Assembly: GCA_023920165.1 (NCBI GenBank) | Contig: CP089275.1 | Location: forward strand, 4,340,001-4,404,000 | Reading direction: 5' to 3' | Length of the DNA stretch: 64,000 nucleotides | Source of the DNA: Curvularia clavata | Lineage: Eukaryota | Part shown: piece after piece, positions 49,801 through 62,030 of the stretch | Position numbering within the stretch: the first letter of the stretch is position 1 | Layout of the letters: every line of letters starts with the position of its first letter | The notes under the pieces: generated by a model | The model's database searches: none | The model's input: only the letters and a program-made list of their open reading frames with translations | What the model was told of the DNA's origin: nothing | Translations under genes and position numbers: made by a program

Positions 49801-51872
49801 TTAGAGGCGGATGGGAACATGTAAGTTTTGTGCTACTGGGTGGTGAATGTCGCTGACCTTGCTAGCTTATTCGTATCATGATCAACCTCTTTGTCAACTC
49901 CCTGATACCACCTTACTTTCTTTCATTCCAGAAAACTCTTGCCCTGGCACCGATACCTCTCCAGAATCCAGCCCAAGTCATTGACCGTGCTGAGCGTCCT
50001 GCTGATACAGGAATATTCTCAGCTCTGTCCTCGTACGTCTCAAGCTTTGCCAACGACGAACCGCCAGAGCCGTCCGATCAGGAAATAGAATATACACTCT
50101 GCACTGTAGACACAGTCAAGGAGTGCCATTTCGAAGACATTCTTGCAAACATCAGTCAGCTACCCATAGATTCTCTCAGGTCGCTGCTTGATTCATTACT
50201 TCGACACCTGCCTGAGGATGGCTCTCCAAGGGTCATTGTAGTAAAACCTGAAATTCCAGGTGCAAGCCCACGAACACCTGGTCCCCGGCAAAAAGGCAAG
50301 GGACCTGTTTATGACCCCAGTCTGGTCTTTGTCCTCGAGCTTGCTACAGTACTAGCCTTGCGTGATGACGAGACGGTCAAAGAACTCGCGAAAGACGTGA
50401 TTGATGCGTTGGCCTCTGTCATCCGAGATGCTACCAAGCATCATTATGTCGTAGTTGCACGGTCGGTCTACTACCTTCTGAGCCTGCTCAAGGCCAGTAA
50501 CGTAAGTATCAATATGCAGAATTTCTTCCATATGCTAACGCGCTTAGGACTATGACTTCATTCGGGCGCCAGTTCTTATGCACACCTTCTCGAGCTTCAA
50601 CGACACACTGCTTCATGAGTGCGCACAGCCGATTCTTAAAGGCTTGAGCGACTGTTGCAAGGGTCCGAATGCACTCCGCAGCGAGCTTGCAGGTTCACCA
50701 GACTTCTGGACCATCCTTAACAGGTTAGCTAGTGTGCCTGATGCTGCTGGAGATGTCTTTTCACTTGTGGAGGACCTTGCTACGTCGGCACAGCCAGGCA
50801 TCACTGCAGACAACTATGAGGCTGCGATTGCCCTTTTGAATGAGTTTGCAACTGCTGCTCAAGTGGGTGCACTGGAAGAACAACTTCACGACCAAGCTGT
50901 GCGACGGAACAAGGGGCAGAAGCCTAAGAAGCCAGAAAACAGTGAGGTTGTTGTGCGCGGCAGTACTGCCATGAGCATCGTCTTCCAATTGTCTAGCCGA
51001 GTACCGAACTTCATCGAGCAGTCTCATCTCGAGACTACTGAAGGTCTGTTCACTTGTTCAAATCTTTGCTTATCTATGCTAACAATTTCGCAGCATGGAC
51101 GGCCTACTGGTCTCCTATCCTCAAGACACTCGCGCACCAATGTCTAAATCCCTGTCGCTCCATCCGTCAACAGGCTTTTGCCTCGCTCCAGCGTACTCTC
51201 CTCTCTGCCGATCTCGCCTCTCCTGACCACAAGGAGTGGACTTCCATCTTCAGCGAAGTGCTCATCCCCCTCATCACCCAACTCCTCAAACCAGAAGTAT
51301 ACCAATCCGATCCCCTCGGCATGAGCGAAACGCGTGTCCGCGCTGCTACTCTACTCAGCAAGGTCTTCCTGCACTACCTAGTCCTGCTTGACGGCCTTGG
51401 CGAGAAGGGGGAAAAGGGTCTGTTTGAAGAGCTCTGGATCACCATTGTAGGTATCATGGACCGTCTAGGCAACAGCGGCCAAGGTGACATGGAAGAAGCT
51501 GTAGCCGAGAACCTTAAGAATATGCTCCTCGTGTTAAGCAGTGGAGGCTACCTCGCTCCTCCTGATGAGAACCCAGAGCGCGAGGAACTTTGGCATGAGA
51601 CATGGAAACGCATCAATCGCTTCCAGCCGAACTTTTTCGCTGAGCTGTTCCCGGAGGAGGCAGGTAAGCCGGCACGACCAAGGCCAAGTAAGGATGAGAG
51701 AGCTGCTGCTAAGAGTCCTGTCCCTCCGGCTGCTGGGCGGGATGTGGATGTTGCGATTAGAACGAAGGGTGGTGAGACTAACAAGGGTGAGGAGGAAGAA
51801 GAAGACGAAGAAGAGGACGAGGAAGATGAAGGAGACAAGCCAAAGAAGAAGGTCGAGGAGAAAGAGAGTTAG
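46845..51872 (+). CDS. Sec7-domain ARF guanine-nucleotide exchange factor, GBF1/Gea family
   Basis: DCB region (PFLQVIRS..TSAPITSLAL, HCRFEA), HUS box LFVNYDC, Sec7 motifs FRLPGESALIERI and IMLNTDQHN, HDS regions; introns 47224-47277, ~49821-49865, ~50502-50547 and ~51044-51093. Confidence 0.93.
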
Positions 51873-52330
51873 TGTTTCGTCTCTTCTTCACCTGAGAGTT
51901 CCGGCATAGACGGATAAGACGCTTGATGTAGTTTGGGTAGACGGTTCATTGTTATGAGTTGTGTAGCATTCAGCGGGTGTGGGTGTGGAGAATTTAATTG
52001 ATACGCATCACAACCTATCTCTTATTTTGAAACTGGTGCTTTCTCCCTTGTCAGCGATTGCTCACATCCAAAATAATCCGTCCTGCGTACTCCGCATACA
52101 GCAGGACTTTCCAAGTACAATGACTCTTTTTCTTGCACTGTAGAAAACATCAAAAGTGAAGTGCTCGATTAATCTTCAGTTCTTCACTCAAACATATACA
52201 CATGTGTAAATTTGAAAACAGTTCAACCTTTCACTCCACCAATCCCACTCCAACCTCATTTTTGTACACTTGAATTCGAAATCTCTACTTTAGTTGCTAC
52301 TTCTTCATGCGACAGTGCAGGTATGTTGTA

Positions 52331-53233
52331 TCAAATCATGTGTGTGGCTTCTTTGGCCGCAGGCGTTTCCGCTGCGGGCGCCGCTGCAGCCGATGATTCT
52401 GCAGCTGGTGGTGCGCTCTCAGCTGACGGTGCTGGAGCGGGAGACTCTGCAGGCGGTGCTTCTGCGGCAGGCTTCTCTGCTGCTGGTGGTGCTTCAGCAG
52501 GTGGTGCCGCAGCAGGTGGCGGTCCGCCACCGCCCTGCTCAGGGGGCGCAGGCACAAAACTAGAAAAAAAAACTATCAGCTCGTGTTCCTCTGAAGATTA
52601 TCAGTTCTAGTAAAAGAAATAGGTCACTTACGCCGCAGCATCCAACGCCAACTTCCCCGGCGCCCCACCCACCACAGTCGTCCCATCAACACTGGCGTTG
52701 CTCTGCTGACTCAACTTGGTATACGCCGCCAACTGCTGAGCATCCGCTGGGTTAATCATCATGACTTGTCCGAGCTGGCAATGCGGACCAGTAGCACAGT
52801 ACAGATACATGGGCTCGGTGCTTGTTATTGGCATATTAAACGTGCCCACCTCCGTCTGTCCGTCTTGAAACGGGATGTGGCCACTATGCACGCCATTTTC
52901 CATAGGTGTGCAGGCTTTATCGGCTGTGGATTGGGTGACTGTGTGGTTGCCGTTGGAGAATTGGAATTGCACAATGTCGCCGACGGCCGCGGTGACGGAG
53001 TTTGGGACGAATGTATCCTGGGGTCCCCCCACGACTACGGGGATAATTTGGCTGGCGCGGCGGAGGGGGTTACCTGATTGAAAAGTATTAGTTGAATGCA
53101 AGGTTACTTGTGTTTATAGAATGAGTGAATACGTACTCTTGATATTAGGCAGTGTGTTAGCCGTCTTGAACACAGGGCCTGGGAGGCCGACTGCTGTCGC
53201 GGCAAAAAGGAGAGATAAGGCGAAGCACCTCAT
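52331..53233 (-). CDS. Secreted cupredoxin-domain protein with Pro/Ala/Glu-rich tail
   Basis: Signal peptide MRCFALSLLFAATAVG; FVPNSVTAAVGDIVQFQF, NHTVTQS, YCATGPHCQLGQVMMIN; introns ~53075-53136 and ~52560-52630. Confidence 0.85.
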
Positions 53234-55024
53234 TGTTTGCGAATAGCCCAAGCAATTAACCTGGTGTTTTGAATAGATGTGTCTGGTGTGATGGTATTGG
53301 GGCCGCCAAAAAGGTAACCGCTCAACGGTTAGACTTGAAAGCAGAGAAGAGAAAAAAGTAGTTATTATGTAAAGATCGTTCTACGACTTGCGTAGGTCAA
53401 AGAAGGGAAGAGAAAAAGAGTGATACGAAGAGAAAGATCGATTGAGAAGAGAGAGGATGGAAAAGGGCTCACGTAGCCGCTACTTGATATACTTTACGTA
53501 CGCCCTTTTTCTTTCTTTTCTTCCTTCTGATCTCATTCGTATGCATGTCTGAAGAATCCACACCTACACGCCCTCTATGCCCACACCCCCTCTTCCATGA
53601 GTCTTGTCTAACCTCCTGCCAATACCATCTCAAACCCTCAAAATGGCGTGAGGTGCCCTCCGAGTTTGCCGTATCCAGCCTATAAAACTAACTAATGTGG
53701 ATACCCGAGTAGCCCACCACCATCGGCCAAGCTGTCGCATCGTCGAGCCTGTATCTAAACGCTGTTTGACAGCCTTGTTTGCCAAGCGCTTCCCGCTGTA
53801 CCTTGCATACTGGGCATGGGTTGCGGCAGTTGGGTCCCGTTTGAGGTTAAGTGGGGGAGCGGAGCGCTTTGCAACATCACAAGCGTTTGGAAACCTTAAC
53901 TGCCTTACTATGTGTGGCGCTACGCCTTGGGCGCAAAGGCAGAAATAGATGTTCGGCCGAGGCGGTACATGTATAAACATGTCTTCTACTATTTGTATAT
54001 CTGCTGGATACCAGCCCGCGTAGACAGAATCGATTTGACCGCGAAAGCTTCCACAATCTCTTCAAGAAAAGGCCTGGGACACTGGTTTCTTGGAAGCTTA
54101 GAGCGTATATCCTATAATCTCCTCTCTCTTCTTTTGTGATTACGAAGCACATTGCGATGACGCGTATTCAATGCGATCGCAATGGTAGGATGCAATGCCG
54201 TGTTATGTCAGAGACTTGAACGCGACTGGAAGGCATGTATACGCGAGCGTTTGAGTGAGCATGCGCACCCGTCACCAAGGCCAATCGCATGGAAGCTGGC
54301 TTGGCCTGGGATGCCTGGCCATGAGACGACGCAAGCTTCGCATGAAAGACGCAAGCAGAATGCGATATTGCCAGACAAAGATTAGCATCTTGCGTCATCC
54401 AACAGGCTGGGTCGCTTATCTTGTACATTGACTGGCACTAGGTTTGTGCATGAACCCTCGCTTCGTCCTTGTTGCGCTCCGTGATGATACTGTGCTGAGT
54501 CGTCGTGCGGGAATCTGTTTGCTCGCATGAGATATCGGTCCTATTGTAGTAGTCTTTAGGGTGCATATTACCAAAGACGATCACTGCTTTCATTAGCCAA
54601 ACCCCAAGTGTGTAGTATAAAAAGAAAAAGGGAAGGGAAGGGATATCACACGATTACAAGCACATAACAAGAGATGATACATCAAAAGATGAAGGATAGC
54701 GAGCCACAGGAAGGAAGAACAAACGCATATCGAGAGATCTAGGAAGCACGACAAGTTTCATTATTTGGTAGCCTTGTACCGATATAGGCACGGCCAAAGG
54801 TATTGTACGACGGGCACTCCAGGCGACTCGAGCGTGGCTGCTTCAGCGCCCCCTAGACATCACATAGTCCTATCGCAGACGGGACACGATAATGTCATGC
54901 GCTTTGCATCGGACGCAGGGGCAGCTTCTGTTAACAGAAACGCAGTCGTACACAACGTGTTTAGAGATCATGTCCAAGTGCGACCGTGTTCAGATTTGCA
55001 GGCAAGAGCCCCAGATGAGTTCAT

Positions 55025-56279
55025 CTAGAGGAAGTAGTCTGGAGTCCTTCGTGAAACCATGGGCTCACCAGCTCGTGGGCAAGGATCAAACTGCAAGCTA
55101 GAAGAGATATTAGAGAGTTGTGGTGCATATCAGATCAGCGGGTACTTACAACGTGTACTTCAGATGCTCGTCAATCTCCATGATTGCGGCCTGATTACCG
55201 CATCTGTAGCAGTAGTTTGGTGCTGTCATGTGTAAGTCATTGGCTCTGTCAACTTGAGACAGGGCGCCTTACCTGAAAATATCGTCACAACGTTCCTATC
55301 CTGTGACCAGTTGTATCCCTCCATGACAAGCTGATGAGCACGTGCAACGAGCGTCAATCCGTTGTTGTGGTTAAATGCCTCTGAAATGTCCTGTCCAAAA
55401 GTGTATCCAGCACCACGAGGCGATATTCCCCAACCACACCTGTCGTCTGGGTCGGACCAGAGAAGATCGCACATTGGGCCCTCGTGAGGCACTTCTTGTA
55501 TACGGTCGAGCGCCCTGATGTTGTCAAGCGTGTCGATACTGGGGGACAGACCACCGTGAAGACAGAAGATCTGGTTGTCGATCAAGGCAGTGAGCGGCAG
55601 GTAGTCGAACAGGTCTGTGAAGTATTTCCAAACGTTGGCATTGCCGTACTTGCGGAGGCACTCGTCGTAGAAGCCGTATACTTGAGTAATTTGACGAGAC
55701 TCGTGATTACCACGGAGAATGGTGATACGCTGGGGGTATCGAATCTTGAGTGCGACCAGGAGAGTTACGGTCTCGACGGAAAAGTAACCACGATCAACGT
55801 AGTCGCCTGAGAAGGTCAGCGTGGGAAAAGGATGCTTGGATAGGAGACGCACCCATGAATAGATAGTTGGTGTCAGGATTGGGGCCGCCGATCTTGAACA
55901 GTTCCATCAGATCATGGAACTGACCGTGTATGTCACCGCATACTGTGACTGGGCATTTCTGTGTAATCATGAGTATATAGGGGCGTGACGGCAGAGAATG
56001 GTACCTACCACTGGCTGAACATTCGACTCATCCTGGAGGACTTCGCGGGCCTGTGGCACAGTTGATGTCAGAATATGCAATCTTTGCGATTTTCTTGCGC
56101 GAGTGAGTGGCGCATACCTTATCGCATAGCCTCTGCACGTCACTCTCTGCCAGCTGCTTGCAGCTCATAAGGCTCTCGATCCAGCCGTCCAGGGTGGGGA
56201 TTGTGGTCGGCTCAGACGTGGGGGCAGATGACAACTGCATGGCCTCGGGCATCTTGACATCCTCCATGTTGGTATCCAT
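55025..56279 (-). CDS. PPH21: Protein phosphatase 2A catalytic subunit
   Basis: [29 protein letters not shown] and C-terminal TPDYFL; about five introns. Confidence 0.95.
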
Positions 56280-56606
56280 GATTGCAGTGCGGCGGGTTCA
56301 GTGTAGGTGGGGTGGTCGGTGGTTGTGGTGTTAGAGCTGTCGAGGGGTTCTTCCCTTCAAACTCAACCAATGACGTGCGGCAGACGCGAGTATGGGCGAT
56401 GGGGCGTGCAGACTGATAGGTGGTGGGAAAGAGAGTCTGAGAGGCTAGGGAGACGTGCAAATAAATATCAGGCGTGGCAGCAGGGGTTTAAGACAGGAAT
56501 ATGGGGTGAATCAACTCTACGCACGCACTCTACCCAAGCAAGGCGGGCGGCGCTGGAATATGGTTTCTCCTGGTCCGGTTGCTTCGACGCAAAAGCACGT
56601 GACAGC

Positions 56607-56636
56607 CACTAGCGCGAACTGCAGTTCGCGCTAGTG
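56607..56636. repeat. Perfect 30-bp palindrome in the PP2A/ULP1 divergent promoter
   Basis: CACTAGCGCGAACTG|CAGTTCGCGCTAGTG is its own reverse complement. Confidence 0.9.
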
Positions 56637-56744
56637 CCTTTGTTCCAGCACCCGCGACTGCGTCCCTTCTCCACTCTAACCATTCTACCACTCCAGTGTC
56701 ACAGTCGCACATCGCCGTTCCCAACGTTATCGGCAACAGCGACA

Positions 56745-59125
56745 ATGTCCAACAAGCGCTCATACAGTGCTTTCCTCTCCAGTGCGCCTGAGGATGCATC
56801 CGATACTTTGAATGGCTTTGACGCTCACCAGCTGCATGTAAGTCGTCACTATAGTTATTCACTAACCGTGATTCACACTGATGCCAGGCGCAACAGTCCA
56901 CAACATCCCAGAGCCCCTACCGCCATATACCTGGCGCCTGGCCCGAGGGATCATCAGTCTTCCAAGATGTCGCGCCCGAACCTCCGTCCCCCTCCGTTTT
57001 CACCACTGTCAGTCAATGGGTATCGACAATGAGCATCTCGACGCTGCTCAGCCTGCCAAGGTACATCGCGAACAGTTTTCTGCGCCCACAAAACATCAAG
57101 GCCGTCTCCATAATCAGCTCTACTGGGTCCAGTAAGAGGCGCTTCGTCGCTGCCTGTTTGGCGGACAATGACGTTACAACACGATCACCTTCAGAACGCG
57201 CGCGCGCGCATCAGGCGCGTCGCCAGAACCAAACCCGCGCTTTTTCAGCATCGCAGACACGAAATCGCACGACCAGTCCCCAACAAAGTCGCAAGCCGAC
57301 CGCGCCAGTCCAACCTATAACGCAGCTGCCAATTACACACATCGGCTCAGGCCCCGACCCATCTTCAACGTCTCTTCACAAATTCGACACTGATATCGAT
57401 GATGACGCCGATACAAGCATAGACTTCTCTTTCGAGGACATCCTCACCTCAACGCCCCCGCGTAATCCGCAAACGGATTCGCCCCTACATATTTCCTGGA
57501 ACTCCCCGCAGACCCTTCCATCTGCCAGCCACGTCTCTCCTGTTCTGCGCAAGCAGCCCAAGTTACTCTCTCCGCTATCACGCCGCTCTTCCGGACTGCC
57601 TTGCTCCGTTGGTCAGGTCTTTCAGAAACCAGCCTCATCCTATACCAAGGGACGTATGGAAACCGCACGACAGACTATCCATTGCGTACCCAAAAAGCCT
57701 ACCACTACGCCCTTGCGCCGCCAGTTAGTCAAATTGCAACTTATTACAAGACAACAGCATCTTGAAGCCACCCGACAGGCGGAATCCCTGATAGAAACCG
57801 CGGATCAAGGTTTCACCGAATCCGAGCCAACTAAAATTACCCCCGCCGAAGCCGTGGACCAAGACCTCTCTTACCTGCCGGATGCTCCATCGCCACTAAA
57901 CGCAGAGGTTCCATCTAAAGTTGAGGGCTTGTCTCATGACCCCAATGCTGAGGTCGCTGCTCCGGAATTTGAATACGAAAACGACCTGTCATTCCTAGCC
58001 GATGCGCCATCTCCACGACGTGTGCGATGGACAAAGCATGCGGGGACCAAGTCTTTCTATTATGACGAAAAGGTCAGCGATATGCTTGACTCTACACTAG
58101 AAATTATCCAGTCCAGCCCGGTGAGAGGGATCTGGCACAACTTCCAATATGACGAGCAGACCCAGTCTGATGATACCTCACCCGCATTTCGCTCCTCATC
58201 AGCCGAAAGTCCAAAGGCTGCAGCAGTCGAAAGTCAGGTCAATGATGGCGGATTCCATGGCGTGCCTCCAGACACCTTTGACGCTTCTGACGACTCACTT
58301 GAGGAATCGGCTCTGTCTCTTGAGCTTGTTCAAGATCTCCAAAATGAATTCAAGGCCAAGCTCGCGTTGGCGCCACCACCTCCCCCGCCCAAACCACTAA
58401 TCACACCGCTATCCGCGGAAGAGAGAGAGATACTGCACACCGCGGCAGCGAACACCAGCAACGGACTCAAAGCCGACAAGTGGGTCATCGAACAGAAACT
58501 GTACGCTCGAGATTTTGCGACATTGCTGCCCAGGCTCTTCAATGGCGATCCTAGGGCTTGGCTGAACGACAACATTGTCAACGAGTATCTCTCGATTCTG
58601 GTTGCCGCCAAAAAGAAGGAGGCAGGATTCATACACAAGCGTGGCGGTCCAGCTCCACCGGTCCACGCATTCTCATCATTCTGGTACAGCACTCCTGACA
58701 CGTCACGTTGGTCCAACCGGTTCCAGCTCAAAGGCAAGCAGTATCTGGACGCACAGCTGATCCTCTATCCCATCTGCGACAGGGGGCATTGGCGTCTACT
58801 TGCTGTGTATCCTCAGAAACGTTCGATTGAGTACCTTGACTCGATGGATCTCAGTGGCGAGCCGTACCTTGATAAGCTGGATGAATATTTGCAAAAGGAG
58901 CTGGGCGATCTCTACATTGCCGATGAGTGGACCAAGAGCACGACTCAGCGCAGCACGCAACAAATGAATGGCAGCGACTGTGGTGTCTTTACTCTTATGA
59001 ATGCACTGGCGCTTCTCCGCGGCGACGATACGAAGCTTGTGCTCGCTACTAACGGCATGGACGAAGCACGCAGGCGTATCGCCGCTACTCTACTTGCTGG
59101 ACACCCTACCACGGAGCTGGACTAA
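56745..59125 (+). CDS. ULP1: Ulp1-family SUMO protease (peptidase C48)
   Basis: WLNDNIVNEYL, HW, EYLDS, QQMNGSDCGVF catalytic triad motifs; first exon MSNKRS.. spliced through intron 56838-56887 in frame with ORF 57029. Confidence 0.88.
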
Positions 59126-59591
59126 AGGGACTTTTATTTTCTACTTCTGCACGTCAGGAAGCGACTTGATTTTTTTTTTACATTGCATTGCATGGCATGG
59201 TTTGATACTGAGTGGGAGTATTTTTCCGCTTCAGCAGGGCGCATAGCGATGGAGTTTGATCGTTTACGGTAACATGATGCACGATTTGATACCCCCACAC
59301 GATACCCAAGGCCAGCAGAGGCTCGATTTCATAAGTGGTCTCTCTTTTTCGGCTAGTTGATGGGCACGTGGTACGCTCACTTGGGCATACAACGGGAGGT
59401 CTACTTGATTTTTCTCCTGTACTATAGCCTTTTCGCTTTCTTGTACATACAGTTAGAACATTAGCAAAATTGCTTCAGTGCATCACACCCTGGAGTCTAC
59501 GGACACGGTGTAACGATCAACAAGAGATTGAACATTAAAAATTGTTTGATTAAAGCGTTGTACGTGACGGCCTTTTTATGCAACAATGTTT

Positions 59592-60748
59592 CTATGCAGC
59601 AACCTTGACTGTGAGCTTACCAAAGTGCTTCTGGTCCCACATGTATTGATATGCCTCCTTGAGGTCCTTGAGTTCAAATACCTTCTCATCGACAATGGGA
59701 TGGATGTCGTTTGCCTCAATGGCGCGGCACATGTCCTCCATCTGCAGTCTTGAGCCGACAAGGATACCACGGACGGTGCAAATGTTGTTCAAGCAGTCGA
59801 GGAAAGTAGGCTGGTCCTTTCCAGCACCGCCAATGAAGCCGATGATAGTAATGACGCCGTCAATGGCTACGGCCTTGAGCGACTGCGCCATGGTGGTGGG
59901 TCCACCAACCTCGACTACGTGTTGGACACCGGCGCCGCGAGGCGTCAGCTTCTGGGCCTCCTCGCCCCAGTTGGGCGTCTCCTTGTAGTTGATGACGTAG
60001 TCAGCGCCGTACTTCTTGAGCAAGTCGGCCTTGCTTGCAGAGCTAGTGGTGGCGATGACTTTTGCGCCTGCGGCCTTTGCGAATTGGAGGGCGAAGATGC
60101 TGACACCACCGGTACCCTGGGTCAGGACAAAGTCGCCGGGCTTGAGGGCGCGCGACTCAAGGCCATAGAGGGCGTTCCAGGCGGTGAGGGCGGCGCAGGA
60201 GAGGGTTGAGGCTTCGAGCATGTTGAGATTTGAGGGCGCTGCGACAAGACCGGCTTCGTCGAAAACGGCATACTCGCGGAGTGTGCCGTCCAAAGCACCG
60301 CCCAGGCCGGTGCCGAGCGATTGTGCGTCGAGGGATCCGGCAGTGTGGCCTTGGTTGAAGAGAGTGACGACTTTGTCTGGGTGGTTGTTAGTTTTCTCGG
60401 TCCAAGGGATATACAGGTTGTGTACGGACCTCCGGGCTGGAAGCGTGTGACGTGCTTGCCGACTGCTTCTACGGTACCAGCACCGTCTGAGCCAGGAACA
60501 ATGTTGTCTTTCATAGGGAAAGGGTATTTGCCCTTGGGGATGATGAGATCACGGTAGTTGAGAGACGCGGCGTGGACTATGATTGCACTGTCAGCGTTGT
60601 TGATAAGTCTAACTGGCTCAAGGTACATACTCTTGACAAGAACATCTTTGTCACCAATCTCTGGAATCTGGGCCTGCTCATTGAACTTGAGAGAGTCGAA
60701 GCCGTCCTTGCCTTGGACGGTCCATGCTTTTGTGGTTGTGGGAGCCAT
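59592..60748 (-). CDS. Medium-chain dehydrogenase/reductase (zinc-type ADH-like, MDR7/QOR group)
   Basis: AASLNYRDL, PGSDGAG, CAALTAWNAL, QGTGGVS, HFGKL; two introns. Confidence 0.9.
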
Positions 60749-62030
60749 GTTGGACGTGTGTTGGAAGACTGTTAAGTATATGTGCTAACTGGATTAGATG
60801 ATGAAAGTATTTGCTGGAAAATGCTATGTGAAGGTGATACGGGATTTCGTAGAGGAATTCCAGCAGCTTTTGTACTGGTCCCCGCCATGCCGAAACCTAG
60901 ACTTATAAACAACTCTTGCCATGTGTATGTGGGGTCCTCCAAGGCCCGGGAGTGACGCAAGAAGACGACGGCTAACTCAATCCAACGTCACGACGTCGAT
61001 GAACCTGGTAGATTGCGGGTATTCTGAACGGCTAGCGTTGGATGAAAGTGGCGAGTAGGCCGATCAAAAAATGCAAGGCCCGAATCGGTCAATTGGGCCG
61101 CGCTGTAGGCTAGGAAGTGCCGGGCGCAACGAGTGGGAAGAGAGGAGAAGAGGGAAGACGTCAGGACCAGAGCAGTGCCATGGCGGAGATTATTCGGACA
61201 TGTCTAGAGACATCAAGCATGCAGTATTGTACAAGCATCGAACGGAGGAACACTCGAGGTGCATTTGTAAGCTCGCTCGTGCAGTTTGGCAGGTGGGGCT
61301 GGTAGACAGTTGCCCCTGCCCCGGTCGTCGCCCCGCACCACCTTCGATTGTTTTCTATACTCTCTGCCTTCGTTCGTTCTGCTGGCCGCGTACGCGAGGC
61401 ACCCTGCCGGATGACAATGGTCGGCTCAAGTAAGCAGCATCTTTGGACGCAGCCTGCGCATATTCCGGATATGGCAGACCATTGCGCTGAAACACGCCGC
61501 ACCGCAAACTAGTACACAAGATGAGTGGTCGAGAGCATACTGGTAGGCGTGGCTTGGCATGTCGGGCAGGCAGGCACCAGGTCCCTTGTATATCTCCCAC
61601 CGCCTCCCACCAACAACGACGGACCAAAGAGCGTCTCGCGGCTGTGTCGTCGCAATCATCCAGCAATCTCTCAGCTCTGACGGCTTGCAGCTGGCAGCCA
61701 CCGTGTGCCAGCAACGCCTAGTGCAGGGACAGCCTACCAATGACCGCGCATTGGCCGTAATCCGCTACCCCCCAACCTTGTCCACCGACTGCACCACAGC
61801 TAGAAAACGCCTCGCATAAAGAGGCAGCAACCGCCTTTGCGCACAACGCTCTCTGCCATGGAATTTTCGTCCCAGGTTCCACAAATTTCTCCCCCGACAA
61901 ATACCCTGTCGCTGCTCCCCTCAGCTCGAGAATGCGGTGCGCGCCCATCATAATGCATGTGCAACTCAGTCCTCGACACTTTAGTTTCGCCCCGTAGCCC
62001 ACGAAACACGCCTCGACCAACGCCTCCACA

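Noticed and set aside
51790..51870. GAR-rich repeat-like tract
   Set aside because: Encodes the acidic and Lys-rich C-terminus of the ARF-GEF; ordinary low-complexity coding sequence.
61071..62030. Cluster of short ORFs between the MDR gene and the membrane protein gene
   Set aside because: No family motifs; most likely a divergent promoter and 5' UTR, although uORFs cannot be excluded.
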